Counted from the first letter of the stretch, positions 1 through 10,987 are shown. The stretch is DNA of 64,000 bases from the human T2T-CHM13v2.0 reference genome, Homo sapiens (GCF_009914755.1 NC_060930.1), one strand, 5' to 3'. Translations and numbers: made by a program. The notes: a model not told the origin generated them from the sequence alone.

Positions 1-3000
1 AGGGGCAGACCTTAGTAGGTATGAGTGATTGTTAATTGTTTATCTCCCCTATGAAGGACAGGACCAAGGTAATTATCTTTCATTTTCAAGGCATGGCACA
101 AGGTAGACTCTAGGTAAATTTGTTGAATGACTACATGCAGTGTATCTCCATCCAGGTTTATTATCCCCACAATAATTTTCTTAGTAAGTTTATTAGTGCT
201 ACCGTCTGCCATAGTTCCCAAATTTGAACTATTTTTTTTGCCTAGGCTTTTTTTTTTTTTTCAAATCCTACCTAATTGATTTGCACAGTTGTTTCAAATC
301 AAATGCTACATCCCATATCTTGCAGTGACGCAGTTATTCACTGCTAACGTCTAAATCGGAGAAGTGAAAAGGACAATTGTTTCGTGCTTTCTTAAGTCCC
401 TGACCAAGATCAGTAGGGAAATCCCATTAGCTCTATTCATCGCATTTCTCATAAATCTAAAAGGAAAGCAAGTATCCAAAGCTTTATTCTTTAATAGTTC
501 TTATTTGTAAAACCTTGACAGGGCTTTATTCTAAATTGCTTCCAAATTACATAAAGAATAGTTAGAAATATGACGGGCAGTGAATCGTGATAGTTTCAGT
601 CATCGAATAAATAAGTAGAACAGTAAAAGGGGACTAATCTGAAAGCAAACAGAGTATGATGGGCTACGATGAGGCAAAAAGAACAGAACTGTGGAATTCT
701 TAAACTACCATCTGGCTCAATCCCCTTTAAGTGGCCAAGTTGAAGAGCCTTTTATTCAGTGCCCTAAAACTTATTCAAAAGGCGCAGTATTTGAATATTA
801 ATATTTCCATACAGTAAAAAAAAAAGTCTTTTGTAACCAAAAAGGAATGTTTAACAAAATAATGGGTAATCCTCTGGCTAAACATGAGGGCGTGGGGAGC
901 ACCCTGTGGGTGGGAGGTCGGCTGGAACCCAGGGTGGCTGCGGGCAGCCTCCGGGCCTTCCCCTCATGGCTTCTTTGTGGTTAGGGTAACTTATTAAAGT
1001 TGTCATTGTGGTTTGAAATTTAGGCAAGAGGTGTAAAATTAAGGAATTCATTAGGAAAAATGAGCGCAGTGATTTCTAGTACCTTATTTCATCAAAAAGA
1101 AACAATAAGGTAGAATTGCCATATGAGATAGTTGAGGCAAGGAACACAATGGAAATTTGAACCTGTGGTTGAAATTGTGCTTTTGTGTAATGGGAACCTA
1201 TTTCATCACTTTGTAACAGACCCCTGACAATTGGTGTTTTGTTTGTTAAGCCCTGGATGTTTAAATGAAACTAAACAGGCTTTTATTTTGTTTTCCTGAG
1301 GTGTGTATGAAAAGTTGAGCAAATTCGAGTGCACTTCTTATCTTCAGCAAAGATGCTTTAGAAAGGTATTTTAGCATTCTCCGTGGTTTAAAAGACAAAA
1401 CCAAGTCCTGCCGGCTTTGTGTTGTGCTTCTCCTACAGGCTGCAGTGCCTTCTGTCTGCTTTAGGGTGTGGCATCTGCCATTGGGGAGGAAAAACTGGCA
1501 TGTGTCGCCTTTTATAGCAGACTGATTTCATTGTGCTGGGGGCCTCTATTTTATAGTCTCTTAGTTCCAATCTTCTAGTTGACTTGCTGAAGCAAATGGA
1601 ATTAAAAGAGATTTTGACTTCTCTACTAATTTTTTTTTAGTTTCACGATTTGCCAATATGAAAAAATATTTTAAGGAAAAGGGCCATAGCTGAACTTGGT
1701 GACTCATTTTCCCTTTTAGGATTAGTTGTGAAAATAAGCCACAACATATGGCTACACTTGTATGAACTGACTTTGATATATTTTATCAATTTGAAAAAAT
1801 GCACTTTTAGGATGATGTGTACATACTTAGTTTGACTATGTCTAAAAGCATAAATATGTAATTGATTTTAGAATATATGTATATACACACAAAACAGACA
1901 TATATTTATATTTGCATATGAAAAACTAAAAATTCAACTTCTGTGGTGTAATGCGTATAATTAGTATGTATTTGAATATATAAAGGGAGAAAATCCAGGA
2001 AAAAATGTCAAAAAGGCACACTAACAAAGATGTAGTATTCTCTTGGCAAAAACTGATGAATGATTTGGCACGAATTCATCTTATGGTTCTGTTATTCTCT
2101 CTAACACACGATGATATATCCCGTTTTCCAGTTGTTTGCGTAGAATTGCAATTTGTTGTTTCTACACTCTATAATGACCCTTGGGTGTGCACCTGATTCC
2201 CTCCCCCCGACCCCAATTAGTCACCAGTTTTCCCATCAATCCTTTTCTATTTAGTCATGTAACATATTTACACTTGGTCAAACAAATAACCACTGCTGCA
2301 GTGGAAATGAACTAAAATAGTTTTTATGGAAAGCTGAAGAATGAAATAATTTTGGAAAACTATACTCTACCAAAACCGTAAGTATTGTTTCTGCCAGGTT
2401 TTAAATGCTTTCTCTCAATGAAAACTGAGTCCACACTAGTACAAGTGGGTCATTGCCTAAGGTTAAGAAGTCTTGCTTTTTAAAATGTTACTAGGGGACA
2501 ATGCACATATTGAAAACATTAATAACAATGCAAATATTAAAAACATTATAAAATGTTAATAGACACCAATTTTTAAGAGAACAAAGTATGGAACATTTCT
2601 ACATTAGGACTAGAGTTGACTGTTTTATATTATTATTGAAGTTATATTTATTAAATATAATGTCTATAATATTTTAGTTTCGTTCCACATCTCTTTGAAA
2701 TGAATGTATATCGAGAGGGTTAACTGTGCACACGAAGCTCTGAAACATGATGAAAGGTGTCATATAGATTTATGAAGATACGAGCTAACCCATAGCTGTC
2801 GCTGTTCTGGCACCAAGAGTTAAATGTTCATGTGAAAGTTGGCGCAGAAAACACCACTGTACATACTCCACAGAGGACATCCAAGTGCATGTAAGAAAAA
2901 TGCTCCTTTGGGAATACGTGGACATATTCCTTTGGAAATACACTGACAAACCTACATACGTGTTTAAGGTGCCTTCAAAAAGAGTTATGTAAACATTCTC

Positions 3001-3455
3001 TTTGGGGCGGGTGCAGTCAGTCATAAGCATTTATTGAGTACCTACTGGGTACAGGCCATAGGGCTCTCTGACCGGGGCTAACCTTCATTTCAAATCTTTC
3101 CTAATTTTGCAGTTGGAAGAAGTTGTGGGAATTACGCCGATGGCCCGAAATCAAGGCAGAGGCGAACGTTCTGAAAATTACATAACTCCTGGGAGAGACC
3201 GTGCTTTTGCAGATTGCCTAAATATTTTCTTTCTCCGTCGGCTCCTTGTAACCTCTGAGGCCAATAGACAACTTTGTTTCCCAGCCCTTCTCCCTCTTTT
3301 GTCTGCTCGTCAGACTCGTTTTCCACCTTTGTATCGTTCCTTTTAGACGTGAAAACAAACATGCGAACGCCCGGTTGGCAAGGAGACAGCGGCCCGGGGG
3401 GAAAGTGCAGGTTCCGGCCGCCCCACGCCGCCGCGCTCCGAGCGGCCGCCGAGCC

Positions 3456-3478
3456 GCCCCGGCCCCGGCCCCGGCCCC
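3456..3478 (-). repeat. (GGGGCC)3GGGGC hexamer repeat, potential G-quadruplex
   Basis: The + strand reads gccccggccccggccccggcccc, giving four G4 runs on the - strand. Confidence 0.8.
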
Positions 3479-3633
3479 AGCCTTAGCCCAAGCCCGGCTG
3501 GGTCCCGCGAGGCTGCGCCGGGGCGGGCGGCGGCGGCCCGGGGACGAGTCCAGTCCGCGTTTTGCGAGTGCGCGGGAGTAATGCGAGCGAAGTGGATAAT
3601 AGTTGCTCGAGCTCGCCCGCTGCCTCTCAAGCC

Positions 3634-3771
3634 ATGCTGGGCCCGATAGGCTCAGCTAGTCGTGTATTTACCCATATCCGGGCTAGAGAGGAAAAGAGAA
3701 AAGTTTCATTTAAACCTGAACTAAAAACTTTCACCATGAAAGCACACAGCAGGAGCAGGCCCAGAGCGTAA
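3634..3771 (+). other. Candidate upstream ORF, 45 aa (with an in-frame 11-aa form from ATG 3736)
   Basis: gccATGc at 3634 and accATGa at 3736 share TAA 3769-3771; [45 protein letters not shown]. It is a uORF only if the TSS lies upstream. Confidence 0.5.
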
Positions 3772-3845
3772 GGCGTGCCCGGCCCGGCGCTCCGGCGGGG
3801 CCTGCGGAGGGGGAGGGGGTCGCGGCTTCCCGGCGGGCCGCGTGG

Positions 3846-3872
3846 ATGCGCACAGGAGGGGCCGCGGCCTGA
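3846..3872 (+). other. Candidate short u[11 protein letters not shown]
   Basis: ATG 3846 in weak context (tggATGc), TGA 3870-3872, ending 59 nt before the main ATG. Confidence 0.45.
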
Positions 3873-3931
3873 AAAGTGGGGGTTATTGTCTCCCCCCGCC
3901 CCCCGCCCGGCCTCGCCACGCCGCGGCGATC

Positions 3932-4519
3932 ATGGCCGCGCGGGCAGCAGCGGCGGCGGCGGCGGCGGCGGCGCGGGCGCGGGCGCGGGCAGGCAGCGGC
4001 GAACGGCGGGCGCCCCCCGGGCCGCGGCCGGCGCCCGGAGCCCGGGACCTGGAGGCGGGGGCGCGCGGCGCGGCGGCGGCGGCGGCGGCACCGGGACCCA
4101 TGCTGGGGGGCGGCGGCGACGGCGGCGGCGGCCTGAACAGTGTGCACCACCACCCCCTGCTCCCCCGTCACGAACTCAACATGGCCCATAACGCGGGCGC
4201 CGCGGCCGCCGCCGGCACCCACAGCGCCAAGAGCGGCGGCTCCGAGGCGGCTCTCAAGGAGGGTGGAAGCGCCGCCGCGCTGTCCTCCTCCTCCTCCTCC
4301 TCCGCGGCGGCAGCGGCGGCATCCTCTTCCTCCTCGTCGGGCCCGGGCTCGGCCATGGAGACGGGGCTGCTCCCCAACCACAAACTGAAAACCGTTGGCG
4401 AAGCCCCCGCCGCGCCGCCCCACCAGCAGCACCACCACCACCACCATGCCCACCACCACCACCACCATGCCCACCACCTCCACCACCACCACGCACTACA
4501 GCAGCAGCTAAACCAGTTC

Positions 4520-4560
<41 letters not shown>

Positions 4561-5092
4561 GCAGCAACAGCAACATCCCATTTCCAACAACAACAGCTTG
4601 GGCGGCGCGGGCGGCGGCGCGCCTCAGCCCGGCCCCGACATGGAGCAGCCGCAACATGGAGGCGCCAAGGACAGTGCTGCGGGCGGCCAGGCCGACCCCC
4701 CGGGCCCGCCGCTGCTGAGCAAGCCGGGCGACGAGGACGACGCGCCGCCCAAGATGGGGGAGCCGGCGGGCGGCCGCTACGAGCACCCGGGCTTGGGCGC
4801 CCTGGGCACGCAGCAGCCGCCGGTCGCCGTGCCCGGGGGCGGCGGCGGCCCGGCGGCCGTCCCGGAGTTTAATAATTACTATGGCAGCGCTGCCCCTGCG
4901 AGCGGCGGCCCCGGCGGCCGCGCTGGGCCTTGCTTTGATCAACATGGCGGACAACAAAGCCCCGGGATGGGGATGATGCACTCCGCCTCCGCCGCCGCCG
5001 CCGGGGCCCCCGGCAGCATGGACCCCCTGCAGAACTCCCACGAAGGGTACCCCAACAGCCAGTGCAACCATTATCCGGGCTACAGCCGGCCC

Positions 5093-5124
<32 letters not shown>

Positions 5125-5722
5125 AGGAGGAGGAGGCAGCGGAGGAGGAGGAGGAGGAGGAGGAGCAGGAGCAGGAGGAGCAGGAGCGGGAGCTGTGGCG
5201 GCGGCGGCCGCGGCGGCGGCGGCAGCAGCAGGAGGCGGCGGCGGCGGCGGCTATGGGGGCTCGTCCGCGGGGTACGGGGTGCTGAGCTCCCCCCGGCAGC
5301 AGGGCGGCGGCATGATGATGGGCCCCGGGGGCGGCGGGGCCGCGAGCCTCAGCAAGGCGGCCGCCGGCTCGGCGGCGGGGGGCTTCCAGCGCTTCGCCGG
5401 CCAGAACCAGCACCCGTCGGGGGCCACCCCGACCCTCAATCAGCTGCTCACCTCGCCCAGCCCCATGATGCGGAGCTACGGCGGCAGCTACCCCGAGTAC
5501 AGCAGCCCCAGCGCGCCGCCGCCGCCGCCGTCGCAGCCCCAGTCCCAGGCGGCGGCGGCGGGGGCGGCGGCGGGCGGCCAGCAGGCGGCCGCGGGCATGG
5601 GCTTGGGCAAGGACATGGGCGCCCAGTACGCCGCTGCCAGCCCGGCCTGGGCGGCCGCGCAACAAAGGAGTCACCCGGCGATGAGCCCCGGCACCCCCGG
5701 ACCGACCATGGGCAGATCCCAG
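3932..5722 (+). CDS. ARID1B: ARID1B coding exon 1 (597 codons; N-terminal disordered region)
   Basis: Translation [26 protein letters not shown]...[20 protein letters not shown]...[12 protein letters not shown]...poly-H/poly-Q...[12 protein letters not shown]...[10 protein letters not shown] is recognised as the ARID1B N-terminus. ATG at 3932 (atcATGg); donor CAG|GTAACC at 5722/5723; 1791 nt, phase 0. The start used in older annotations (MAHNAG) is at 4181. Confidence 0.97.
4430..4492 (+). repeat. Coding (CAC)n poly-His tract
   Basis: [21 protein letters not shown]. Confidence 0.95.
4520..4573 (+). repeat. Coding polyQ (Q18): (CAG)7 CAA (CAG)7 CAA CAG CAA
   Basis: Read directly from the sequence. 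Confidence 0.95.
5099..5251 (+). repeat. Coding (GGC)n/(GGA)n/(GCG)n poly-Gly and poly-Ala tracts
   Basis: (GGC)8(GGA)4 GGC AGC (GGA)8, then a GCG/GCA run and (GGC)n. Confidence 0.93.
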
Positions 5723-5849
5723 GTAACCCTCGCGCCAGCCGGGCCTGCTTCCGCCCGGCGGCCTCGCCGCGCCGCGAGCCTGAGTTTCTTTCTTTGCCGC
5801 GTACTTTTCCCCGTCTTCCCGCGGGGGCGGCGGGGGCGCGGCGCCCAAA

Positions 5850-5858
5850 GCCATCTTG
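5850..5858 (-). promoter_or_regulatory. YY1-like motif (CAAGATGGC)
   Basis: GCCATCTTG on +, about 130 bp into intron 1 within the CpG island; motif match only. Confidence 0.4.
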
Positions 5859-5928
5859 ACGGGCGGCCGCCTCCCGCCGCGGTCGGGGCGCCCCGGGGGC
5901 CGGCGCGCTGTCCAGGCCTGGGAGGGCT

Positions 5929-5982
5929 TCGCCGGGCCGGGCCGGGCCGGGTGGCTTCTACCCCGCCGGCCCGCACCCGCGT
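5929..5982 (-). ncRNA. MIR4466: MIR4466 precursor hairpin (antisense, start of intron 1)
   Basis: The reverse complement of 5961-5978 is GGGUGCGGGCCGGCGGGG, the mature miR-4466 as I recall it. It can pair with the adjacent CCCGG repeats across a short loop. Its status as a true miRNA is uncertain. Confidence 0.8.
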
Positions 5983-8900
5983 CCCCCCCCTCCCCCAGGC
6001 CCGGGAACGCGAAGCGAGATCCCGAGGCGCCACCCGCGCGGTCGCCGTTTGGGGCGGCGGGGACCGTTCGGGTGCTTTTGTAACAAATAGGCTCTCCCGG
6101 CCAGGACGGCTGGGGCGAAGAGCCACCCGATCGGTTCTGGGAGCGCCCACAATGTGCTTTAACGGGGGAAAGAATGAGGAACTTTCTCCCACCTTTAGCC
6201 ACAGCACGTTCCCTCTTGGCTTCCGAGGTCCAGGCAGGGAAAATAGGTTAGCTTTGTGACAAGCGAGTGGGTTTTTCCTACTTAGGGAGAGCCATTCAGA
6301 GACACTCGGTGCGGGCTTCGAGCTCGAACGTTTGCTGGTAGGAATAATAACAAAATTTACAACGACATGGAGGTGCAATATTGTAAAATACATCGATTCG
6401 TTCCTTAGAATAGCCAGGGAAATCCATTATTGGGCTTACGGGCTGCTTGCAGGGAGTCACCTTCAACAGGCAGGCTATGTGAAAGGAGCACGTTCCGGAT
6501 CAATTGAACTTATTTTGATCATGGATTAGGCATGCATTTTATTCAGCAAATCCAGTAAGATAGCAGACCAGTGAAAATTGATCTTTTGGGATCGTATTTA
6601 TTTGGATTTTCTTTATTTTGCTGTCACCCGAGTCCTACAGCGCTGTTAGGAAGTGTCCTGCACTCTTGCTGTTTCTTGCTAGTAGGCTGAGCCTAAAGAC
6701 TGACTTGATCTCCTTTGCAAGGTTTGGAATTTGAATTGTGGAGGTAAACTGGCTGTAATAGTCTCCAGACAGCTGCCTCTGAGTTGACATCTAATCTGCC
6801 ATCTGATTGGCTCCCCTCTCACCATTGGGCATTTAGCACTGCTGATGTAAATAGAAGTGCTGAGCAGTACAGTCACAAAAATTCTTGCCACAAATAATAA
6901 CTGAGCTCTATTACAAGCAAATGTAAGGTTCAGTATTTAAAGCTGAAACTATTATGAATCATAGTTATTAATAAGAGGATCAAATACAGAAAAACAGTTC
7001 GCTGGTGTCCAGTATTGGGCATTTACAAAATTCAGATCTTTGATGATAGTCTTAGAATATGCACATTACATATATCATAGACTTTAATTGGAGGCTGAGG
7101 ATAAGGCCATTGAAAAATAAGTAAACCACGAATTTTACCAATTTTTGGATTTGTAAAGCCTTTATAAAAGTCTTCCCTTTACAAATTCAACTATGGAAAA
7201 ATTTGAATTCTGTCAGCACACGCAGCTTAATAAAACCTTAAAATTTTTTTAAGATTTTGATAGGCAGCAATATATTTTGGTGATGTGTAATTCACCTGAT
7301 AAACAAGATTTAAGCTTCATTTTTTTGTGATTTATCAGTTCTGACTGTTCAAAGATATTTGTGGATGAGGAGTTTTGGTTAGAATTGACATATTTAAAAA
7401 ACGAAATGAGGAAACCACATATTTGTGCAGATAACAATAATTAAAAGGGGAAAAATGAGATATTCCTGTGAAATACTAAGAATCATTTCATATTTGCTTT
7501 TGATGTGGAGAATACAGAAATGCCCCATAATCTTTTTTTTTTCTTCATTGTTTTGTTAGATTAGGTAATTTGAGCCTTGTTTGAACTGCTTACACGATGA
7601 ATTAGGGAAACTATATTCTAAGCAAGTTGTGCTGGGTGTCTTTTTTTCCAAATAATTTTTCTTTCATGTTAATGCTATGAAAGTTTAAAAAATCCTAATC
7701 TGTTAGAGAGGAACAACAGTCGTTGTATGTATATTTTTATGTAACTCATTTATTTTAGGAAGAGGTATTTTAACAATAATCATACCTTAGAGACTTGTCA
7801 GAGTGAAGGAAGGGCTGAATTTAACAAATAATCTTGTGAATCCTAGGCTGAACACTGCTGTCCACTGCTTTCAGATCTTTAGTTATTGGAGTTTTGCTTT
7901 TAAGGATAATAGATTTTTCTATTCTTAATAGAAAACTTGTGATTTCAACTTGTTTTTGATTCACACGAGGAAAAACATTATAGAGAAGAATCATGGAAAT
8001 AAACCCACGTAATTAATTTTAAAAAGGTTTGCTTTGTCAGCCTGCTTTTAAAGGAGCAGTTTAAAATTCACATCTTCGTAAACTAGAGACGAATGAAGTT
8101 AGAGGCAGATGTAGGACCATGTTACTTTAGAGTATTTTTTTCTTAATGGTACCAATCATTTTCAGTATTTTGTTTTCTTGTAATGAGAATGAATCCATTA
8201 TGTCCCTATGACCCTTGGGAATAGGCTTTTTTTTTTTTTTTTTTTTTTTTTTTTTGTTGAGGTTGGGGGAAATATGGACATGCGACCTAGATTCAGGAAT
8301 TTCTTTTAAGTACCTTACCGTGTAACATGTGGAATGTGTCTTTTTTACAATCCTTTTTTTTCTTTTCTTTTTGGAAGTTAGTATTATTTAGTATTAGTTG
8401 TTGTAATTATACTAAGAAACAGTCATTTGTCCAAAATATTAAATTACTGCCTGACTGTAGGTCATGAAATGCTATTAAATCACATTGTTAAATGATGAAA
8501 TATTTTGGCTTTTAATATGTTTTTAGTTTCATTTTTGATTTCAGGAAATAGTTTCTATTGGGTGGCAAATGTTTTCGTAATTGGGACAAAACGTGTATAT
8601 ATTATAGGAGAAGGGTCTTTTTAAAAAGTGAAATAAGCCATTTGACGATTCAGTTTATTACTAGATTTTTGTAAGATGAGTATTCAGATGGAGCAGTCTC
8701 AAAAGGAATATTGAGGTCTACTCACGCACATAGGTTTTATGATGTCCACATTTCTACTGAATTCCATAAATGCAGTTTTAACTTTTAGTTTTATAAAACG
8801 TAGTACAATGTATTAAGAAAAGGGCCTTATTTACCATTAGAAGAAAAGTGATTAGCTAGCATGCGAAGCAGGAAGCTACAAACTGGTTCCTGATTACCTT

Positions 8901-10987
8901 AAAATGTGTGTGAGATACATTATTTGATAAAATCACTCCCAGTTAAATCTTAGGGTGTCTGATATTTTAAATCTTGTAAACAAATTTTTGTGGCCTAAAT
9001 TTATATATTTGCCAAAGTATGGATGGCTGTGTATAGTTAGAAAAGGTGGACTTAGTAACTGTGGCTAATGGAAAGGGCCTATCATTTAAAAAACAGGAAA
9101 AGAAAATATAACAAATGTCTGCAGTTTTGTTTTCTGAATCATCTGGGATGAAATTATGCATGGCTTAAAATCGTTTTCATTGGGAGTCCTGATTTTTGTG
9201 GTACATACTTTTGACAATATTTTGGTAGTTTTTTTTTTTTAGTGGTAGCCACTCTTTAAGACAGCTATCACTTAGGCTTATGTTTATATTAATACTACAT
9301 CAGTAAGTATATGCTAGGGACTAGCACATCCTTACCTTGAATCTATAATGAGGAACCTTAACCCCTCTTTGCTTTGGCTCTGCTTGTCTATATTTAGTCA
9401 TGAATTTTTGGCAAGGCTTTTTATACTTGTTCCATTTTTCTCAATGTCATAGTGTATCAGAAGTGTGTTATGGATGTGGAAATAATGCAGATCACACTTG
9501 GACACTTTTACTAATATACTTAACCTCTGAATGTCATTTTCCTTTACTGAAATTGAAGAAAATAACGTCTTTATTCTGATATTTAAAAAAAAAAAACATT
9601 AATTCTGATTTGAGAACTGATTTTAAAAATGTAAGACAATGTAGAGGAAGACTTAATATAAGCTCATTTGATCGTTTTATTAGACACAGATACCTTTTAA
9701 AGAGAATAGGTGTAATAGAATGCGGTTGAGTTTTCAGTTCTATTTTTTATTAATAGACTTTATTTCTTTATGATTCTGGGCAGGGTGTATCTATCTAAAA
9801 AGATGACTTCTGATGTAATAGGAACACTTGCTTTCCTAGGATAAATTCCAATATCACAGGCAAACCGAAAAGATGATCATTTCATTTATTTAACCCTACC
9901 CTTTCCTAGGAGATGAGTGATTTGATGAACATTTGTTAGGGTTCCATGAAATTTTCTACTCCGTTTGGAGACTCACTGGGGATGTAAATTTTGGATGTGC
10001 TGGCCTAGGACTCTGTATTCGCTTTTTTGCCGGTGTCCTCAATCTGGAGGCTTTTCTTGCAGCTCTACACTGGACTGACACTGCTCAGCTCATGGGGTTG
10101 TGTGCTTTGATCCATGTGGGTGGAAAAGGGACTGATATTTCACTCGTGTCACTTTTGTTTTGGAGTGTATGTGTAGATTTGTAAATTTGAGATTGATATT
10201 TATGTTTGATAGAAGTGTGGTGTGTTGCATAAAATGACAGATTTATGGAGGCTGAAAATATTAATAAAACTTAATTCCATTTTTTTTTTGCAATATTTAG
10301 GTTTTCCAGTTGGATGTTATAAAATTTTTATGACATTTTACACTGCTGTTATTACTCAAGGGGCCGTATCCACCTCTTAGGCCTTTTTGGGATTGGGTGG
10401 TTTTGGTTGCATGCCTTTTCGGAGGTGCCCTTTCCTGAATGGGAGGGAGGTTTTTGCAGGTTCTCTGTGGATATGTAAAGTAGTGCCGCACGCTTGCTGT
10501 GTGTGCTTGCTTGAGGCTGAGGAATCCCAAACCCTGTTCCCTGTCGTGTCCGGGAGAGGCACCAGGCAAAACTGTTCCTCTACCAAGAATATATTTCTGT
10601 ATCATAGATGTAGAACTATTATAAATATCTTTTCTCTAGCTTGGAGGCTATTTGAATAAGACTCAATGGCCCTTTTGGTTTAATTGGGTAATTGAGTGAA
10701 TTAATTCTGATCTAAAAACTTGGTGTACTTTAGCAACTTTTTCTTCAGGAAATTTGGTAAAGATAAAATGACTTAGGTATCAGTCATTACCTGAGTGTCC
10801 TAAGTATTCATTTGTTTTTCCTTATACTGACATCTGAATGAATGGAATGATAGACATATACTATATAGTTTTAATTAGCAATTCACTTTGAGTGAGTGAA
10901 TTTTTTCAGAGTAGAATATGTGTTTCCACTGTAAGTTTTCACTAAATATGTTCTATTTTCAAAATCTTTGACTTGGAGTAATTCTAA

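Larger units (their letters stand above)
3360..6330. promoter_or_regulatory. CpG island / ARID1B promoter, 5'UTR and exon 1
   Basis: Abrupt switch to very high GC and CpG density with several GC boxes, against AT-rich CpG-poor flanks; no clear TATA box. Confidence 0.93.

Noticed and set aside
3765-3773. Donor-like AGC|GTAAGG at the uORF stop that might fuse the uORF to exon 2
   Set aside because: The junction would be phase 2 and hits TGA within 8 codons of exon 2, so no in-frame fusion results.
4508-6202. 564-aa antisense ORF, and the 253-, 240- and 141-aa antisense ORFs nearby
   Set aside because: Mirror frames of a GC-rich, triplet-repeat exon (poly-L, poly-C, poly-V/W runs) with no recognisable domain.
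3842-6259. 805-aa ORF as a single-exon gene, including 178 codons of read-through into intron 1
   Set aside because: ARID1B identity ends exactly at the CAG|GTAACC donor (5722). The extension is R/P/G/A-rich sequence expected from stop-poor CpG-island DNA, and the listed start is a GTG.
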